Positions 37,924 through 47,926 are shown, numbered from the stretch's first letter. The stretch: DNA of 64,000 bases from Gammaproteobacteria bacterium (GCA_965116495.1 OZ220696.1:1376001-1440000), one strand, 5' to 3'. A program made the numbers and translations. Notes: generated from the sequence alone by a model not told the origin.

Positions 37924-39006
37924 ATGTTGCCTGCAGTCACCCGAGTACAGGAGTTGAACCCGGCAAAGCTGGGGATACTGTTTAAAAAAGAATTCGAACT
38001 CTGCCAGGTACGGCAGGGCGAGACCGTAATGATGCTGAGCGACCTGGCCACCCGGCGTGAATACGTGGAGGCGGCCTTCGCAGCGGCCGAAGACCTGGGT
38101 GCGGACGTGTATGAAATGTGCGTCAACTCCATACCTTCCTGGACCAAGGTCGGCGTTCCCACGGTCGGCCAGTGCAAGGGAACACTGGAAGCAGCCAAGG
38201 CCGCTGACATCATCGTCGCCCTGCATGTGCCGCTGTTCACCAGTTGGTTGAAGGAAGTCAGGAATGCCGGAACCCGGGTACTGATGATTATCGACTCTCC
38301 GGACGACCTGGAGCAATTGATGGCGCCGCCTGGCCTGAAGGAAGCTGTGCTCTATGCCGACAACCTGCTGGCGAAGACCCGGAAAATACGCATCGCCAGC
38401 GCGGCCGGCACCGACCTGGCCTACGACTGCGGGGAATACCCGGTGATGAGCCAGTACGGTTTTGCCGATGCGCCGGGACGGTTCGACCACTGGGGCGGCG
38501 GACACGTGCATACCTTTCCCAACGAAGGCAGCGCCAACGGCACTGTTGTGTTCCAGCCGGGTGATATCGTGATCCTGCCATACTGCCGCTACGTTCAGGA
38601 CGAGGTCAGACTGACTATCAATGATGGTTTTATCGACCGGGTGGAAGGCGGACTCGACGCCAAACTCATGCAGGATTGGCTGGATGATAACCGGGTGAGC
38701 AGCGCGGACAGGGACCCGTATGCCGTTTCCCACCTGGGCTGGGGCCTGAACCCGCAGGCCCTGTGGTACGGCATCGCCCTGAACGGAGATGAACCGGAGC
38801 GCAGCCGCGCCGCGGCCCGTACCTTCCCCGGCAACTTCCTGTTCTCGACCGGCCCCAATAACCAGGGCGGTGGCAAACGCACCACCCGCGGGCACTACGA
38901 CGTACCCATGCGGGATTGCAGCATGGAACTGGATGGCCGGGTCATCATAGAAAACGGCAGGATTATCGATGATAATATGACCGTCGAACGCATCATACAC
39001 ACATAA
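37924..39006 (+). CDS. 2,5-dihydroxypyridine 5,6-dioxygenase (NicX)-like ring-cleavage enzyme
   Basis: YGFADAPGRFDHW, PNEGSANG, SHLGWGLNP, GNFLFSTGPN and GHYDVPMR match the NicX family, with its His/His/Asp iron ligands. Confidence 0.82.
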   Translation: MLPAVTRVQELNPAKLGILFKKEFELCQVRQGETVMMLSDLATRREYVEAAFAAAEDLGADVYEMCVNSIPSWTKVGVPTVGQCKGTLEAAKAADIIVALHVPLFTSWLKEVRNAGTRVLMIIDSPDDLEQLMAPPGLKEAVLYADNLLAKTRKIRIASAAGTDLAYDCGEYPVMSQYGFADAPGRFDHWGGGHVHTFPNEGSANGTVVFQPGDIVILPYCRYVQDEVRLTINDGFIDRVEGGLDAKLMQDWLDDNRVSSADRDPYAVSHLGWGLNPQALWYGIALNGDEPERSRAAARTFPGNFLFSTGPNNQGGGKRTTRGHYDVPMRDCSMELDGRVIIENGRIIDDNMTVERIIHT

Positions 39007-39020
39007 CAGGAAGACACCCC

Positions 39021-39896
39021 ATGAAGGAATTTCAATACTTGGCGCCGCGCGGGCTTGAAGAGGCGGCCGTACTGATGGCTGAACACGCAGGTTCAGCGCA
39101 ACTCCTGGCCGGAGGAACGGACCTGCTGATTTTCATGCGCAATGGCCGCAAGTCTCCCGATTTCATCATCGATGCAAAAAAGATCCCGGAACTCACAGGC
39201 GTGCACCTGGATGCGGACAGCCTGACCATCGGCGCCGCGGTCAGTTGCCGGACAATCTGGGAGAACCAGGAAATAACCGACAGATTTCCCGCCCTGACGG
39301 ATGCAGCGACCTTGATCGGCGGGATACAGATCCAGGGGCGGGCGACGTTTGGCGGCAACCTGTGCAATGCCGCGCCCAGCGCCGACACCGTCCCCCCGGT
39401 GATCGTCTATGGCGCAATTGCCCACATTATCAGCGCCCGGGGTGAACGTGATGTGCCGGTGGAAGAAATCTGCACGGGACCCGGCCGTACTTCACTCGCC
39501 CCGGATGAAATCCTGGTCTCCCTGTCCATCCCTGCGCCAGCGGAAAACTCCGGCGCCGCGTTCCTGCGTTTTATTCCACGTAATGAAATGGACATCGCCG
39601 TGGCGAATGCCGCGGCCCGGGTCGACCTGGACGACAGCGGTGCAACCTTCAAGTCCGCCCGGATAGCCATAGGCGCAGTGGCCCCGACGCCCCTGTTCGC
39701 GGAAGCAGCCGGCGCCGCGCTCATAGGTAAAGCCGTGAACGATGAGTCGATAGCCGAAGCCGCCGGCATCGCCCGGGATGCAGCAACGCCGATCAACGAC
39801 ATGCGCGGCACGATTGAACACCGGAAACAACTGGTCGAGGTGTTGACAACGAGGGCACTGCGGCGAGCCATCGCCCGGGCAAATAACGAAGGATAA
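39021..39896 (+). CDS. FAD-binding medium subunit (enzyme 2)
   Basis: LAGGTDL, QIQGRATFGGNLCNAAPSAD, PINDMRGT. Confidence 0.93.
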   Translation: MKEFQYLAPRGLEEAAVLMAEHAGSAQLLAGGTDLLIFMRNGRKSPDFIIDAKKIPELTGVHLDADSLTIGAAVSCRTIWENQEITDRFPALTDAATLIGGIQIQGRATFGGNLCNAAPSADTVPPVIVYGAIAHIISARGERDVPVEEICTGPGRTSLAPDEILVSLSIPAPAENSGAAFLRFIPRNEMDIAVANAAARVDLDDSGATFKSARIAIGAVAPTPLFAEAAGAALIGKAVNDESIAEAAGIARDAATPINDMRGTIEHRKQLVEVLTTRALRRAIARANNEG

Positions 39897-39996
39897 ACAA
39901 CAAGCTACATGGAAGCACATGAATATTGATCATAACTATCCTGTTTATCATATACATCTATGTTAAACACAGAATGATTTGAGGGAGAACAGATTT

Positions 39997-40476
39997 ATGA
40001 GCGGCAAATCACTTGTAACGGCAACGATTAACGGCGAGTCCAGAGGGTTCCTGTGTGAACCCAGGCAGAGCCTGCTGGAGGTATTGCGGGATGTCTTGTA
40101 CCTGACCGGCACGAAGGAAGGCTGCAACGACGGCAACTGCGGCGCCTGCAGCGTCATCGTGGACAGCGTCTTGCTGGACGCCTGCTGCATGCTGGCCGTC
40201 GAGGCGGAAGACAGCAGCATCGAAACCATAGAAGGGCTGGCGACAGGCGCTGAACTGCACCCCCTGCAACAGGCTTTTCTTGAAGATACCGGGTTGCAGT
40301 GCGGGATTTGTACCCCAGGTTTCCTGATGTCGGCAAAGGCATTGCTGGACAAACATCCCCGGCCTGATGAACACCAGGTACGCCACTGGCTGGCCGGGAA
40401 CCTGTGCCGTTGTACCGGTTACGACAAGCTGGTGCGATCCGTGTTGAAGGCAGCCGACAGTATGGCGGAGGCATGA
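39997..40476 (+). CDS. [2Fe-2S] small subunit (enzyme 2)
   Basis: GTKEGCNDGNCGACSV, QCGICTPG, GNLCRCTGY. Confidence 0.94.
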   Translation: MSGKSLVTATINGESRGFLCEPRQSLLEVLRDVLYLTGTKEGCNDGNCGACSVIVDSVLLDACCMLAVEAEDSSIETIEGLATGAELHPLQQAFLEDTGLQCGICTPGFLMSAKALLDKHPRPDEHQVRHWLAGNLCRCTGYDKLVRSVLKAADSMAEA

Positions 40477-42764
40477 CGATGACTGAAGCGACGAAGAATA
40501 ACGGTTTTAACGTGGTCGGCACCTCGCCGATACGCCCTGACGGGCTGCACAAGGTTACGGGACAGGCGCGCTTCGCCGATGATTTTCACCTACCGAACAT
40601 GTTGCACGGTAAAATACTACGCAGCCCGCACGCCCATGCGCGCATCATCTCCATCGACACCAGCGCCGCGCAAGCCCTTCCGGGCGTGCGCGCGGTGGTC
40701 ACCGGCGCCGACTTCCCTCCCGTCAAGCATGAACTGATCCACGCGGGCACGGCCGGCGTGCTCAACATGCGCGAGATGGCGGAGAACTGCATGGCAAAAG
40801 ACAAGGTCCTGTATGACGGGCATGCCCTGGCCGCGGTGGCCGCGGACAGCCCGCACGATGCGGAACTGGCCGTAAACCTGATTGAGGTGGAGTATGAGCT
40901 GTTGCCGCCGGTGATGAACGTGCGCGCGGCCATGGCTGATGACGCCCCGGTCATCCATGAGGATTTTCACCCGGGGGGGTTTATTGCGCCTACGGAAAAA
41001 TTCATGCCCAATGCCAGTCGCGTGCAACTGGGCAGCGGTGATACCGAACAGGGATTTGCCGAGGCCGATCTCGTCCTGGAACGGGAATACACGGCGGAGA
41101 CCATTCACCAGGGTTACATTGAAAGCCATGTCACCACGGCAAACTGGGACAGCAACGATTACGTGACGGTGTGGACCGCGACCCAGGGGCAGTTCGCCCT
41201 GCGCGACCACCTGGCCGACATCATCCAGGTACCCATAAGCAACATCAACGTGGTGCCGCTGGAGATTGGCGGCGGTTTCGGGGGGAAAGAGCGTATTTAT
41301 ATCGACCCGGTAGCGGCCATGCTCTCGAAAAAGTCCAACTGTCCGGTCAAGATCGCCATGCGCCGCGACGAGGTGTTCCGCGCAACCGGGCCGAGTTCCG
41401 GCACTTATATCAAACTGAAGTTCGGCGTCAAACAGGACGGCACCATCACGGCCGCCGACCTGCACATGGCCTACGAGGCCGGCGCTTACGCGGGCGGCCC
41501 CCTGTTTCTCGGCATCCTGTCCTCCACGTCACGCTATGACATACCCAACATCCATATCGACGGCTTCGACGTCATCGTCAACAAGCCCACCATGCGCCCC
41601 TATCGCGCCCCGGGCGCGCCCCAGGCGCTGTTTGCGGTGGAGCAGATGATAGATGAGTTGGCCCGCGCACTGGATATGGACTCCATTGCCTTCCGCATGA
41701 AGAACCTGGCAAGGACCGGAGACCGGCTGGTGCCGGGTTTCCCGCTGGCGCCCATAGACACGGACCTGATGATGGAAACCGTCAAGGCGCATCCCCATTA
41801 CCATGCGCCCCTGGACGGACCGAACCGGGGACGGGGCCTTGCCTACAGCATCTGGTTCAACATCGGCGAAATTTCCAGCGCACGCATACAGGTCAACCCG
41901 GATGGCTCCGTCATCCTGGCCACTGCCAGCCCCGACCTGAGCGGCACGCGTATTGCGCTGGCCATGCAGGCCGCGGAAATGCTGGGCATAGACGTTGAAC
42001 AGGTAAACCCCTCGGTTGCCGATACCCAATCCATCGGCTTCTCGGTGCCTTCGGTGGGAAGCCGCACCACGTACAGCACGGGCGCTATCGTCTGCGAGGT
42101 AGCGCAGGAGATACTGAACCAGATGTGTGGACGGGCCGCTTTGCTGTGGGAGACGGATGCGGACCAGGTCACCGTCGAAAACGGCACCTTCAGCAACAAG
42201 GCAGACCCCGCACAGTCCCTGTCATTCAATGAACTGGCGGCGAGGATGTTCGAGACCGGCGGCCCCATCAGCTACCACAAGACCGGTACTACCCAGAGTT
42301 TCATCCCCGGCACCGCCGTGCACCTGGTGGACGTAGAGGTGGACCCGGAGACCGGCAAGGTAGACCTCCTGCGCTATACGATATTCCAGGACGTGGGCAA
42401 GGCCGTACACCCGGATTACGTGGAGGGCCAGATGCAGGGCGCCGCGGTACAGGGGATTGGCATGGCGCTGAACGAAGAGTATTTCTACGACGAGGAAGGC
42501 CACCTGAAGAACGCCAGCCTGCTGGATTACCGCCTGCCTACTTCACTGGACGTGCCCATGCTCGAAACCGTGGTACTGGAAACACCCAATCCCGCCCATC
42601 CTTTCGGCGTACGCGGCTGCGGCGAAATCTCCATTGCCCCGCCGCCTGCGGCAATCGCCAACGCCATCCATGATGCGGTCGGGGTGCGCCTTGACTCCAT
42701 GCCGATGGCGCCCCACAAGATCTGTGCAGCCATCAAGGCTGCCGACCCCGCCAAGGCCGCCTGA
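40473..42764 (+). CDS. Xanthine-oxidase-family Mo-hydroxylase, molybdopterin subunit (enzyme 2)
   Basis: LRSPHAHARI, IGGGFGGK, PYRAPGAPQ, EGQMQGAAVQG, GVRGCGE; ATGA overlap with the small subunit gene. Confidence 0.93.
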   Translation: MTMTEATKNNGFNVVGTSPIRPDGLHKVTGQARFADDFHLPNMLHGKILRSPHAHARIISIDTSAAQALPGVRAVVTGADFPPVKHELIHAGTAGVLNMREMAENCMAKDKVLYDGHALAAVAADSPHDAELAVNLIEVEYELLPPVMNVRAAMADDAPVIHEDFHPGGFIAPTEKFMPNASRVQLGSGDTEQGFAEADLVLEREYTAETIHQGYIESHVTTANWDSNDYVTVWTATQGQFALRDHLADIIQVPISNINVVPLEIGGGFGGKERIYIDPVAAMLSKKSNCPVKIAMRRDEVFRATGPSSGTYIKLKFGVKQDGTITAADLHMAYEAGAYAGGPLFLGILSSTSRYDIPNIHIDGFDVIVNKPTMRPYRAPGAPQALFAVEQMIDELARALDMDSIAFRMKNLARTGDRLVPGFPLAPIDTDLMMETVKAHPHYHAPLDGPNRGRGLAYSIWFNIGEISSARIQVNPDGSVILATASPDLSGTRIALAMQAAEMLGIDVEQVNPSVADTQSIGFSVPSVGSRTTYSTGAIVCEVAQEILNQMCGRAALLWETDADQVTVENGTFSNKADPAQSLSFNELAARMFETGGPISYHKTGTTQSFIPGTAVHLVDVEVDPETGKVDLLRYTIFQDVGKAVHPDYVEGQMQGAAVQGIGMALNEEYFYDEEGHLKNASLLDYRLPTSLDVPMLETVVLETPNPAHPFGVRGCGEISIAPPPAAIANAIHDAVGVRLDSMPMAPHKICAAIKAADPAKAA

Positions 42765-42771
42765 TAACGTT

Positions 42772-43035
42772 ATGCCGACAGTCTGGATTCCAAAAGCCAT
42801 GCAGACGTACACCGGCGGCAAGGAAATCGTCGAGATGGAAGGCCGCACCGTCAGGAGGCTGGTCGCCGCCCTGGACGAGAGCTACCCCGGATTAAAGGAC
42901 GCGCTCATGGACGGTGACAGGTTCAAACCCGGAATAGCCGTTGCCGTCAACGGACAGGTCAGCCACCTGGGCCCTCTGCAACGCCTGGAAGAAGATAACG
43001 AGGTCTTTTTCGTCCCGGCTATCGGCGGGGGATAG
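42772..43035 (+). CDS. MoaD/ThiS ubiquitin-like sulfur carrier
   Basis: 87 aa; VAVNG; C-terminal PAIGGG. Confidence 0.88.
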   Translation: MPTVWIPKAMQTYTGGKEIVEMEGRTVRRLVAALDESYPGLKDALMDGDRFKPGIAVAVNGQVSHLGPLQRLEEDNEVFFVPAIGGG

Positions 43036-43046
43036 GATCAACCATT

Positions 43047-43137
43047 GTCGTTCCGGCGCACACCGGAACCCGGTTCGCCTTTGTGTCGACCATATCGAGC
43101 GTGCGCATTACCGGATACCGGCATTCGCCGGTATGAC
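43047..43137. repeat. Family A palindromic element between convergent genes
   Basis: GTCGTTCCGGCGCACACCGGAACCCGG...CCGGATACCGGCATTCGCCGGTATGAC. Confidence 0.82.
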
Positions 43138-44210
43138 TAGTATTCGCTGTGATAGGTCACTCGGTATATCGCATCCGCTTTATCGTCCGAGATCAACAGG
43201 CTGCCATCCCGGGAGACCAGTACGTCGTTGGGGCGTCCGGTTACCTTCTCGTCCTTCAGCCACAGGTCCAGGAACGGTTCATACACCGATCCGGCTTCGT
43301 CGAAACGTACCACGCTGACCCGGTAGCCCACTTTGGAAGAACGGTTCCAGGAACCGTGTTCGGCGATGAACAGCGCGTGCCGGTACGACTCCGGGAATTG
43401 ATTGCCGGTGTAAAACGTCAGGCCCAGCGCCGCGGAGTGGGCTTGAATCTTTACTTCCGGCGGCATGTAGTCGGCCGGGTCATGGCCCTCGCCAAACTTC
43501 GGATCGAGGATGTCGTCACCATGCACGTAAGGGTAACCGTAGTGGGCGCCGGCTGCGCTGACGCGGTTGATCTCCTCCGGCGGCACGTCATCCCCCAGCA
43601 TGTCGCGGCCGTTGTCGGAAAACCACATCTCGCCGGTTTCCGGGTGCCAGGCCATGCCCACGGAGTTGCGCACGCCGGCTGCATGGATGGTGGTCTCTCC
43701 AGTCGCCGGGTCCATACGCAGGATGCTGGCGAAGCGCGGGTCTTTCGACTCACAGATGTTACAGGGGGCGCCCACAGGAACGTAGAGGAAACCGTCCGGG
43801 CCGACGGACAGGTACTTCCAGCCGTGATGGCGCTTGTCCGGCAAGGCGTCAGTTACCAGTTCCGGTTGCGGACTGTTGCGGTAGGTTTGTTCAATGTCAC
43901 GGTAGCGCAACACCGTGTCCAGCGCACCCACGTACAGGTCATTACCAATCAGAGCCAGGCCGCTGGGCAGAGTCAGACCAGTGGCAAAGGTAACGACTTC
44001 CGCTGCCTCATCAGGACCGGCCACCACCGCATACAGATCGCCCTCACGTAACGAACCCACCAGCAACAGGCCGGATTCCGTCTCTGCCATCTGGCGCGCA
44101 CCGGGCACTTCATCAGTCAGCACGGACAGCGTGAAGTCACCCACAATGGTGTCGGCAAAACCCGCAGAAGCGAACAGGAACCATACAATTACCAGGAGTT
44201 TTGTCTTCAT
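43137..44210 (-). CDS. Glucose/sorbosone dehydrogenase family beta-propeller (secreted)
   Basis: HHGWKYL, VGAPCNIC, GVRNSVG, DNGRD, AEHGSWNR. Confidence 0.9.
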   Translation of the reverse strand: MKTKLLVIVWFLFASAGFADTIVGDFTLSVLTDEVPGARQMAETESGLLLVGSLREGDLYAVVAGPDEAAEVVTFATGLTLPSGLALIGNDLYVGALDTVLRYRDIEQTYRNSPQPELVTDALPDKRHHGWKYLSVGPDGFLYVPVGAPCNICESKDPRFASILRMDPATGETTIHAAGVRNSVGMAWHPETGEMWFSDNGRDMLGDDVPPEEINRVSAAGAHYGYPYVHGDDILDPKFGEGHDPADYMPPEVKIQAHSAALGLTFYTGNQFPESYRHALFIAEHGSWNRSSKVGYRVSVVRFDEAGSVYEPFLDLWLKDEKVTGRPNDVLVSRDGSLLISDDKADAIYRVTYHSEY

Positions 44211-44282
44211 AAGCCCTACTCGTGTCAACCACTTACATGATAAAGGATTTTTTCTTGTTTGGATCAGTATTATAATTCTCAC

Positions 44283-47099
44283 ATGAAAACTTTCCCACGC
44301 GTGTTTGCCCTATTGCTGTTAACCGGCGCGGTGTGCGCGGGGGAGCAGGCGCCGGGACTGGAGGAAATTATCGTAACCGGCTCGCGCATCAGCCGGGAAC
44401 CGGCCGATTACGTGGGGCCGATGTCCGTGATAGACAGCGCAGATATTGAGCGTACCCCGAACTACAGCGTGCAGGACATGCTGCTGAAGCTGCCCTCCAT
44501 CGGCCTGCAGGGCAGATCCAGGAACAATGCATCGGGCGGGCGTGGCGCGCATTTATCCGGTATTCACCAGTTGACACCGGAACGGACGCTGGTATTGCTC
44601 AACGGCCGCCGTATGGTGCATACCATCAGCAGTTCGCTTGAAATCGGGGTCGATTTGCAGTCCTTCCCCGTGAACCTGATAGACAGTATCGAGGTGCTGG
44701 CGGACGGGGCCTCAGCCATCTACGGGTCGGACGCGGTGGCCGGCGTCATCAACGTCAGGACCAGGCGTTTTGAGGGCGTCGAACTGAATGCCGGTTTCGG
44801 GTCGCCGGAAGATCCGGGCGGCGACTCCTACAACGCAGGTTTCATCGCCGGCCGCACGGGGGAACGGGGCTACGTCACCCTGGCCGCCACCATTGTGGAT
44901 ACCGGCAACGTAGACGCCCAGCAGCGTGACTGGTCGCAAATACCCATCCTGGGACAACTGGACAGTGGCGACGGCACGATTTTGACCTTGATGGGCAGCG
45001 GCGTACCGCCCGAGGGTAGACAGCCGGATGCCGGCATTATCTTCAAGCCGGACCCGGTCAGCGGCGCCAGCTACCAGCCCTACGACACCTTTGGCAGCAG
45101 CAGCCTGAACGGGTCCGCGGGAGACAGTAGTCTCCAGTCCATCCTGGACACCGGCCATCGTTTCAACTACTCCGATATCGAGGGCGGCGGCCCGTCACTG
45201 GTCAGCGGTTCACGCGTGGCTAACGGCGCCATTACCGGAGAACTGGAACTGGCCCCCGCGGTCCTCTACTACGAGTTGCTGGGCATGCACCGGGAAGGGG
45301 TGCTGAGATACACGCCCATGCCCATCGCGGATGCCCATGGACGGTTTACCGACCTGCTGCAAGTACCGTTCAGCAATCCCCACGTCCCCGCAGACGCCGT
45401 TCCGGCCATTCGCGCCGCAGTGGGGCCTGACGCCGACCGCTTCCAGATGTGGTGGCGCGCGGCAGACCTGCGCCCGCGCCAGTACAACTATGACAGCGAC
45501 ACCATGAAAACCACCGTGGGGCTGCGCGGCAGTCTCCCGGCGCTCATGAACGGCTGGGAGTACGATGCCTGGCTCACCTACGGGCGTTCCACCTTGAAGG
45601 ATGTCACCCGTAACCAGGTCAACGTGGCCCGGTTGCAGACTGCCCTGGACCCGGTTGCCTGCGCGCAAGACCCTGCCTGCCCAAAGGATGCGCGCGGCAA
45701 CCCCACCCTTGATATTTTCGGACGGGACAGGAAGAGCCGGGAGGAAATCGATTACGTACTGTTCACCAACGAGGAAGATACCCGCTATGAGTTCTGGCAC
45801 CTGGCCGGCGCCCTGACCGGTGAGTTATGGTCGTTACCCGGCGGACCCGTTGGCGTGGCGACCGGCCTGGAATGGCGCCATGAAGCAGGCCGCGTGCACG
45901 TCTCCGACCTGGTCCGTTCCGGACATAGCGCCGGCAACTATGCGGAACCGACCCAAGGCGATTTTTCCGTATGGGAGGCCTTCGCGGAGTTCCACGCGCC
46001 GCTGCTTGCCGACCGCAGTTTTGCCCACGAGTTGGCCCTGGACGCAGCCGTGCGTTATTCCGAATACAACCACGTCGGCTCCGAGGCAACCTTCAAGCTG
46101 GCCCTGCACTGGGCGCCGATTCGTGCTATCCACCTGCGCGGGGTCTTTGCCACTGGTTTCCGGGCGCCCAATATCCTGGAGTCCTTCGGCGGTATCGCGG
46201 ATACTTACCCGACCGTAGCCGACCCCTGCAACAGCGCGGCCGACCTGTACCGTAACAACGCCACAGTGCGCGCAAACTGCACGCGCCAGGGCATCCCCGC
46301 CGGTTACGTGCAGAACGCTTCCCAGTTGAGGATTTCCGCGGGCGGCAATCCGGACCTGGAACCGGAAACCTCCGACAGTTTCTCCGTGGGCCTGGCGTGG
46401 ACGCCGGAGATGATTGAGAACCTCTCGCTCACCGTTGACTATTACGACGTACAGGTGGACAAGGCCATTAATACGCCCGACCCGGTGGACGTGGTCCTGA
46501 CCTGTTATACCACGCCGAACCTGGCGGCGCCGGAGTGCGCCCGCATCGGACGCGGATCTTCCGGCACGATCATCCGCTTCGACCTGCTCAAGGAAAACCT
46601 GGCGCGCCTGGAGACCTCCGGTATCGACCTTAACGCGTCCTGGTCCCTGTCAACCGACTTCGGTGCTATCGACTTCAGCGGTAACGTCAACTGGCTCAAC
46701 GAATACGTGGAGACGACCGGCGCCGGCGCGGTCAGCGACCGCACCGACATGGTGGCCGGCAATATTGCCGATTGGGCCGGCTACCCGGAGTGGCGCGCCA
46801 ACCTGTCCGTATCGTTGAACCGGAACGACTGGACCCTGGGCGGTTCCTGGCGCTACCTGGACGCCATGGACGTCTTCGACACCATCCAATTCGACAATAT
46901 TCACACCACCGTGGATGCCATCAACTACTTTGACCTGTTCGGCAACTATCGCGGCGCTACCTTCAACGTCACGCTGGGGGTGGAGAACCTCACCAACGAA
47001 GCGCCGCCCTACGTGCCGGACGTGTCCGACAACACGTCGTCAATCTATGATTACCTGGGGCGGTTTTATTTCGTCCGGCTGAAGTTTGGGTTTTATTAA
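44283..47099 (+). CDS. TonB-dependent outer membrane receptor
   Basis: Signal peptide; EEIIVTGSRI TonB box; IEVLADGASAIYGSDAVAGVIN plug; C-terminal YDYLGRFYFVRLKFGFY. Confidence 0.95.
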   Translation: MKTFPRVFALLLLTGAVCAGEQAPGLEEIIVTGSRISREPADYVGPMSVIDSADIERTPNYSVQDMLLKLPSIGLQGRSRNNASGGRGAHLSGIHQLTPERTLVLLNGRRMVHTISSSLEIGVDLQSFPVNLIDSIEVLADGASAIYGSDAVAGVINVRTRRFEGVELNAGFGSPEDPGGDSYNAGFIAGRTGERGYVTLAATIVDTGNVDAQQRDWSQIPILGQLDSGDGTILTLMGSGVPPEGRQPDAGIIFKPDPVSGASYQPYDTFGSSSLNGSAGDSSLQSILDTGHRFNYSDIEGGGPSLVSGSRVANGAITGELELAPAVLYYELLGMHREGVLRYTPMPIADAHGRFTDLLQVPFSNPHVPADAVPAIRAAVGPDADRFQMWWRAADLRPRQYNYDSDTMKTTVGLRGSLPALMNGWEYDAWLTYGRSTLKDVTRNQVNVARLQTALDPVACAQDPACPKDARGNPTLDIFGRDRKSREEIDYVLFTNEEDTRYEFWHLAGALTGELWSLPGGPVGVATGLEWRHEAGRVHVSDLVRSGHSAGNYAEPTQGDFSVWEAFAEFHAPLLADRSFAHELALDAAVRYSEYNHVGSEATFKLALHWAPIRAIHLRGVFATGFRAPNILESFGGIADTYPTVADPCNSAADLYRNNATVRANCTRQGIPAGYVQNASQLRISAGGNPDLEPETSDSFSVGLAWTPEMIENLSLTVDYYDVQVDKAINTPDPVDVVLTCYTTPNLAAPECARIGRGSSGTIIRFDLLKENLARLETSGIDLNASWSLSTDFGAIDFSGNVNWLNEYVETTGAGAVSDRTDMVAGNIADWAGYPEWRANLSVSLNRNDWTLGGSWRYLDAMDVFDTIQFDNIHTTVDAINYFDLFGNYRGATFNVTLGVENLTNEAPPYVPDVSDNTSSIYDYLGRFYFVRLKFGFY

Positions 47100-47104
47100 T
47101 TTCC

Positions 47105-47189
47105 AGACTCCGGCGCCGGTTTCTTTGGTGGCGAAGGGTTTATTCTGCAACGTCTGCGCGGGGACGGAGTGGCATTCGTCCATGGCGGC
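47105..47189 (+). pseudogene. Short remnant of an AIM24/TIGR00266-family gene
   Basis: Translates as [26 protein letters not shown], a motif typical of that family; no start codon or flanking homology. Confidence 0.6.
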
Positions 47190-47273
47190 AACAAACGTTT
47201 TTCCTTAATGGGTTTCGACGTGCTGCCGTGGTATCTGGCTTGAGATCGAGCACCGACGAAAAAACTATAACAA

Positions 47274-47588
47274 TCAAGCCGCAACAGGCTTTGCGTTCTC
47301 AATCCGGGTTCGCCGCTTTGGCGTATTCAGCGCTTTCCACAACTCGTTCCGTTGCTGCAGGTTCAACCAGAATTCAGCAGTGTTGCCGAAAACCGTGGCA
47401 AGCATCAATGCAGTGTCCGCCGTGATAGCGCGACGGTTGGTACATAGTTCGTTAACGGTTTTTCGACTCACGCCCATTGCTTCCGCCAGTTGCCCCTGTG
47501 TCAATCCCATAGGCACGAGAAACTCCTCGGTAATCATCTCACCGACACTGACGGGTTGCCGTTTTGTAGTATTCATAGTCTGCCTCAT
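47274..47588 (-). CDS. higA: HigA family antitoxin
   Basis: GEMITEEFLVPMGLTQGQLAEAMGVSR, ITADTALML, FWLNLQ. Confidence 0.93.
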   Translation of the reverse strand: MRQTMNTTKRQPVSVGEMITEEFLVPMGLTQGQLAEAMGVSRKTVNELCTNRRAITADTALMLATVFGNTAEFWLNLQQRNELWKALNTPKRRTRIENAKPVAA

Positions 47589-47881
47589 CGATAATCGTGA
47601 TTATCCAGATAGACGCCCTGGGCCTCGCCACGTTCATCAGACCATGCAAACACCAGCCGCCATTGTTTGTTGATGCGGACGGAATGTTTACCGGCCAGAT
47701 TTCCTTTCAGCTTTTCAAAATGGTTGCTTGGTGATGATCGCAGGTCGAGGTCACAGGTTGCGTCATCAATTAATTACAGTTTTCTGAACAATCGAGCTCC
47801 GACCTCAGCGGGTAATTTCTTTCCGGCTTTGTCTTCCAGATAAAAGTCCCTCAACCATCTGTCCCGAAAACTGCGAATCAA
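47585..47881 (-). pseudogene. higB: HigB (RelE/ParE-like) toxin interrupted by an in-frame TAA
   Basis: MIRSFRDRWL...LFRKL*LIDDATCDLDLRSSPSNHFEKLKGNLAGKHSVRINKQWRLVF; stop at 47774..47776; frame otherwise intact, with ATGA overlap to higA. Confidence 0.88.
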
Positions 47882-47907
47882 AAATAATCTCCCTGATTTA
47901 TTATCAT

Positions 47908-47926
47908 TGTAACGTACATGGTTACA
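47908..47926. promoter_or_regulatory. TGTAAC-N7-GTTACA palindrome, candidate HigA operator
   Basis: Lies directly upstream of higB; a 15-bp tandem duplication (47934..47963) follows. Confidence 0.5.

Noticed and set aside
37924-39006. Leucyl/thermophilic aminopeptidase (M29) annotation
   Set aside because: The fold is shared, but the motifs and context fit the NicX dioxygenase subfamily better
33882-42764. Aerobic CO dehydrogenase (coxMSL) call for either Mo-enzyme
   Set aside because: The active-site loops read GYRGYG and PYRAPG, not AYxCSFR (form I) or AYxGAGR (form II)
47774-47776. Programmed stop-codon recoding in higB
   Set aside because: The codon is TAA, other genes here use TAA as a normal stop, and no recoding signal is visible
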